Shown: one piece after another, positions 62,428 through 64,000 of the stretch
Numbering within the stretch: the first letter of the stretch is position 1
Layout: each line of letters begins with the position of its first letter
Origin: an uncultured bacterium
Lineage (GTDB): Bacteria > Zhuqueibacterota > QNDG01 > DTFT01
DNA: 64,000 bases
NCBI GenBank assembly: GCA_963736115.1
Contig: CAVTNR010000002.1
Span: forward strand, 46,046 to 110,045
Direction: 5' to 3'
Program-made: the position numbers and the translations under genes
Notes under the pieces: model-generated
What the model saw: only the letters and a program-made list of their open reading frames with translations
The model's database searches: none
Told to the model about the DNA's origin: nothing

Positions 62428-64000
62428 TTAATGCGCCTCAAACCAGTTCTTTCCGAAGCCCACATCCACTTTCACCGGCACGGAAAGCGTAATCGCTCCC
62501 TCCATTTCATCCCGGACCATGGCCGAAAGCCTGTCCTTTTCCCCGTCCGGCGCCTCGAACACCAGCTCATCGTGTATCTGCAGGATCATCTGGGCCTTCC
62601 AACCTTCCTGCTTCAGGCGTTTCTCGATCCGGATCATGGCGATCTTGATCAGGTCCGCGGCCGCGCCCTGTATCGGCGTATTGACCGCGGTACGCTCCGC
62701 GAAATCCCGCAGGTTCCGGTTGTCGCTTTTCAGCTCGGGCAGGTAACGCCTGCGGTTCAGGATGGTCGTGACGTACCCGTTCCGGTGCGCCTCCGCGACC
62801 GTGCGGGCAATGAACTCGCTGACGGACGGGTACCGGGCGAAATACGCGGTGATGAAGCGCTGGGCCTCGTCGTTCGGAATGCCCAGCCGCGTCGCCAGGC
62901 CGAACGCGCCCATGCCGTACAGCACACCGAAGTTGATGGTCTTGGCCTGCCTGCGCTTCTCGTCCGTGACCTCCTCCGGCGCGAGGCCGAACACCTCGGC
63001 CGCCGTCCTGCGGTGCACATCCTCGCCGCTCCGGAACGACGCGGTGAGCGTCTCGTCGCCGGACAGGTGCGCCATGATGCGCAATTCGATCTGGTTGTAG
63101 TCCGCCGACAGGATGCTCCAGGACCGGTCCCGGGGAACGAAAGCCTTCCGGATCTCGCGGCCCAGGTCGGTCCGGACCGGAATGTTCTGCAGATTGGGGT
63201 CGCTGGACGACAGCCGGCCCGTCGCGGCCACGGTCTGGTTGAACGAAGCGTGCACGCGGCCGGTCAGGGGGTTGACGAGCGCCGGGAGCGCGTCGACGTA
63301 GGTGGATTTCAGTTTCTGAAGCTGGCGGTAATCCAGAAGCCTGCGGGGAAGCGGATGGCCGGAAAGAGCCTCGAGCACGCTCACGTCCGTGGCGTATCCG
63401 GTCTTGGTCTTCTTCGGTTTCTTCCAGCCCGCGGCCTCGTGGACTTTCAGCTTTTCGAACAGAATGCGGCCGAGCTGCTGGGTCGAATTGAGGTTGAACG
63501 GCTCGCCCGCGATCGACAGGATGTCGGCCCGTATGGACTCCAGCTCCTTTTCCATGTCCCGCGACATCCGGCCGAGCAGGTCCGTGTCCAGTGAGACGCC
63601 GTTCTCCTCCATATCCGCCAGTACGCTGACCAGGGGCATTTCCACGTCGTGGAAAAGGGATTCGAGGGATGCCGCCTTGAGCCGCGGCTCGAAAACGCCG
63701 CGGAGCCGGAAGGCGGTTTCCGCGTCCTCGCATGCGTATTCCGCGATTTTTTCCAGTTCGACTTCGGCCATCGAAATCTGCTTCGCGCCCGATCCGATCA
63801 GCGACTTGGTGGAAATTTTCTCAAGGTTGAGATATTCAAGCGCGAGCGCGTCGATTCCGAAAGCCCTGGCCGATGGATTGATCACATAGGCCGCCACCAT
63901 GGTGTCGAAATCCACGCCGGCCAGTTCAATGCCGTGGCGGCGCAGGACCAGCATGTCGTACTTGATGTTCTGCCCGCATTTCCGCACCGCCGGATTCTCC
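62428..64000 (-). CDS. polA: DNA polymerase I, C-terminal polymerase domain and part of the 3'-5' exonuclease region; 5' part lies beyond the window end
   Basis: Motif A 'SADYNQIELRIMAH', motif B 'RRQAKTINFGVLYG', motif C 'QIHDELVFE', 'TGRLSSSDPNLQNIP'. The frame stays open past the tracked GTG 63987 to nt 64000. Confidence 0.95.
   Translation of the reverse strand, partial: ENPAVRKCGQNIKYDMLVLRRHGIELAGVDFDTMVAAYVINPSARAFGIDALALEYLNLEKISTKSLIGSGAKQISMAEVELEKIAEYACEDAETAFRLRGVFEPRLKAASLESLFHDVEMPLVSVLADMEENGVSLDTDLLGRMSRDMEKELESIRADILSIAGEPFNLNSTQQLGRILFEKLKVHEAAGWKKPKKTKTGYATDVSVLEALSGHPLPRRLLDYRQLQKLKSTYVDALPALVNPLTGRVHASFNQTVAATGRLSSSDPNLQNIPVRTDLGREIRKAFVPRDRSWSILSADYNQIELRIMAHLSGDETLTASFRSGEDVHRRTAAEVFGLAPEEVTDEKRRQAKTINFGVLYGMGAFGLATRLGIPNDEAQRFITAYFARYPSVSEFIARTVAEAHRNGYVTTILNRRRYLPELKSDNRNLRDFAERTAVNTPIQGAAADLIKIAMIRIEKRLKQEGWKAQMILQIHDELVFEAPDGEKDRLSAMVRDEMEGAITLSVPVKVDVGFGKNWFEAH

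Overview
This is a visibly GC-rich, densely coding bacterial chromosomal segment with about 48 protein genes and one tRNA-Leu. It has no rRNA, CRISPR array, cas genes, or phage or plasmid genes. Most content is housekeeping or metabolic:
- two sensor kinases and one sigma54 enhancer-binding response regulator
- lnt, a lipoprotein serpin, and C1 and C69 peptidases
- pfkA and an exported MsrB-MsrA fusion
- a Thr/Ala catabolic run: ald, a PEP-mutase-family gene, tdh, kbl
- DAK2-DegV and arfB
- a CNNM gene plus two tandem KimA-like APC transporters
- an amt-PII-porin operon behind a textbook sigma54 promoter
- an acyl-AMP ligase, a racemase and an ABC-2 exporter
- an AmmeMemoRadiSam-type radical SAM enzyme next to a macro-domain protein and a PAP2 phosphatase
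- tyrS, smpB, tRNA-Leu(CAG), and polA (cut by the window end)
Many gene pairs are translationally coupled through ATGA, GTGA or TGATG overlaps. Four secreted proteins end in the NYPNPFNPST-type T9SS sorting domain, which suggests an uncultivated FCB-superphylum-like lineage (inference).
Four things are not explained by the gene list:
1. An IS200-like REP-associated tyrosine transposase (RAYT) flanked by seven GTAG-headed REP hairpins sits between tdh and kbl.
2. At least three further families of dispersed mosaic hairpin repeats fill many intergenic regions.
3. Five single-nucleotide frame disruptions occur in otherwise well-conserved genes (kbl twice, ald, an esterase-lectin, a beta-barrel). 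These look more like assembly indels than gene decay.
4. An AT-rich ~420-bp island upstream of amt carries tandem GGAGG-containing 14-mers and its own terminator, making it a candidate sRNA.
I see no convincing defence island or clearly new multi-gene system. The best candidates for unexplored biology are the PAP2-macro-radical SAM operon, the EBP-coiled-coil-beta-barrel operon and the repeat network. All three are flagged as inference.
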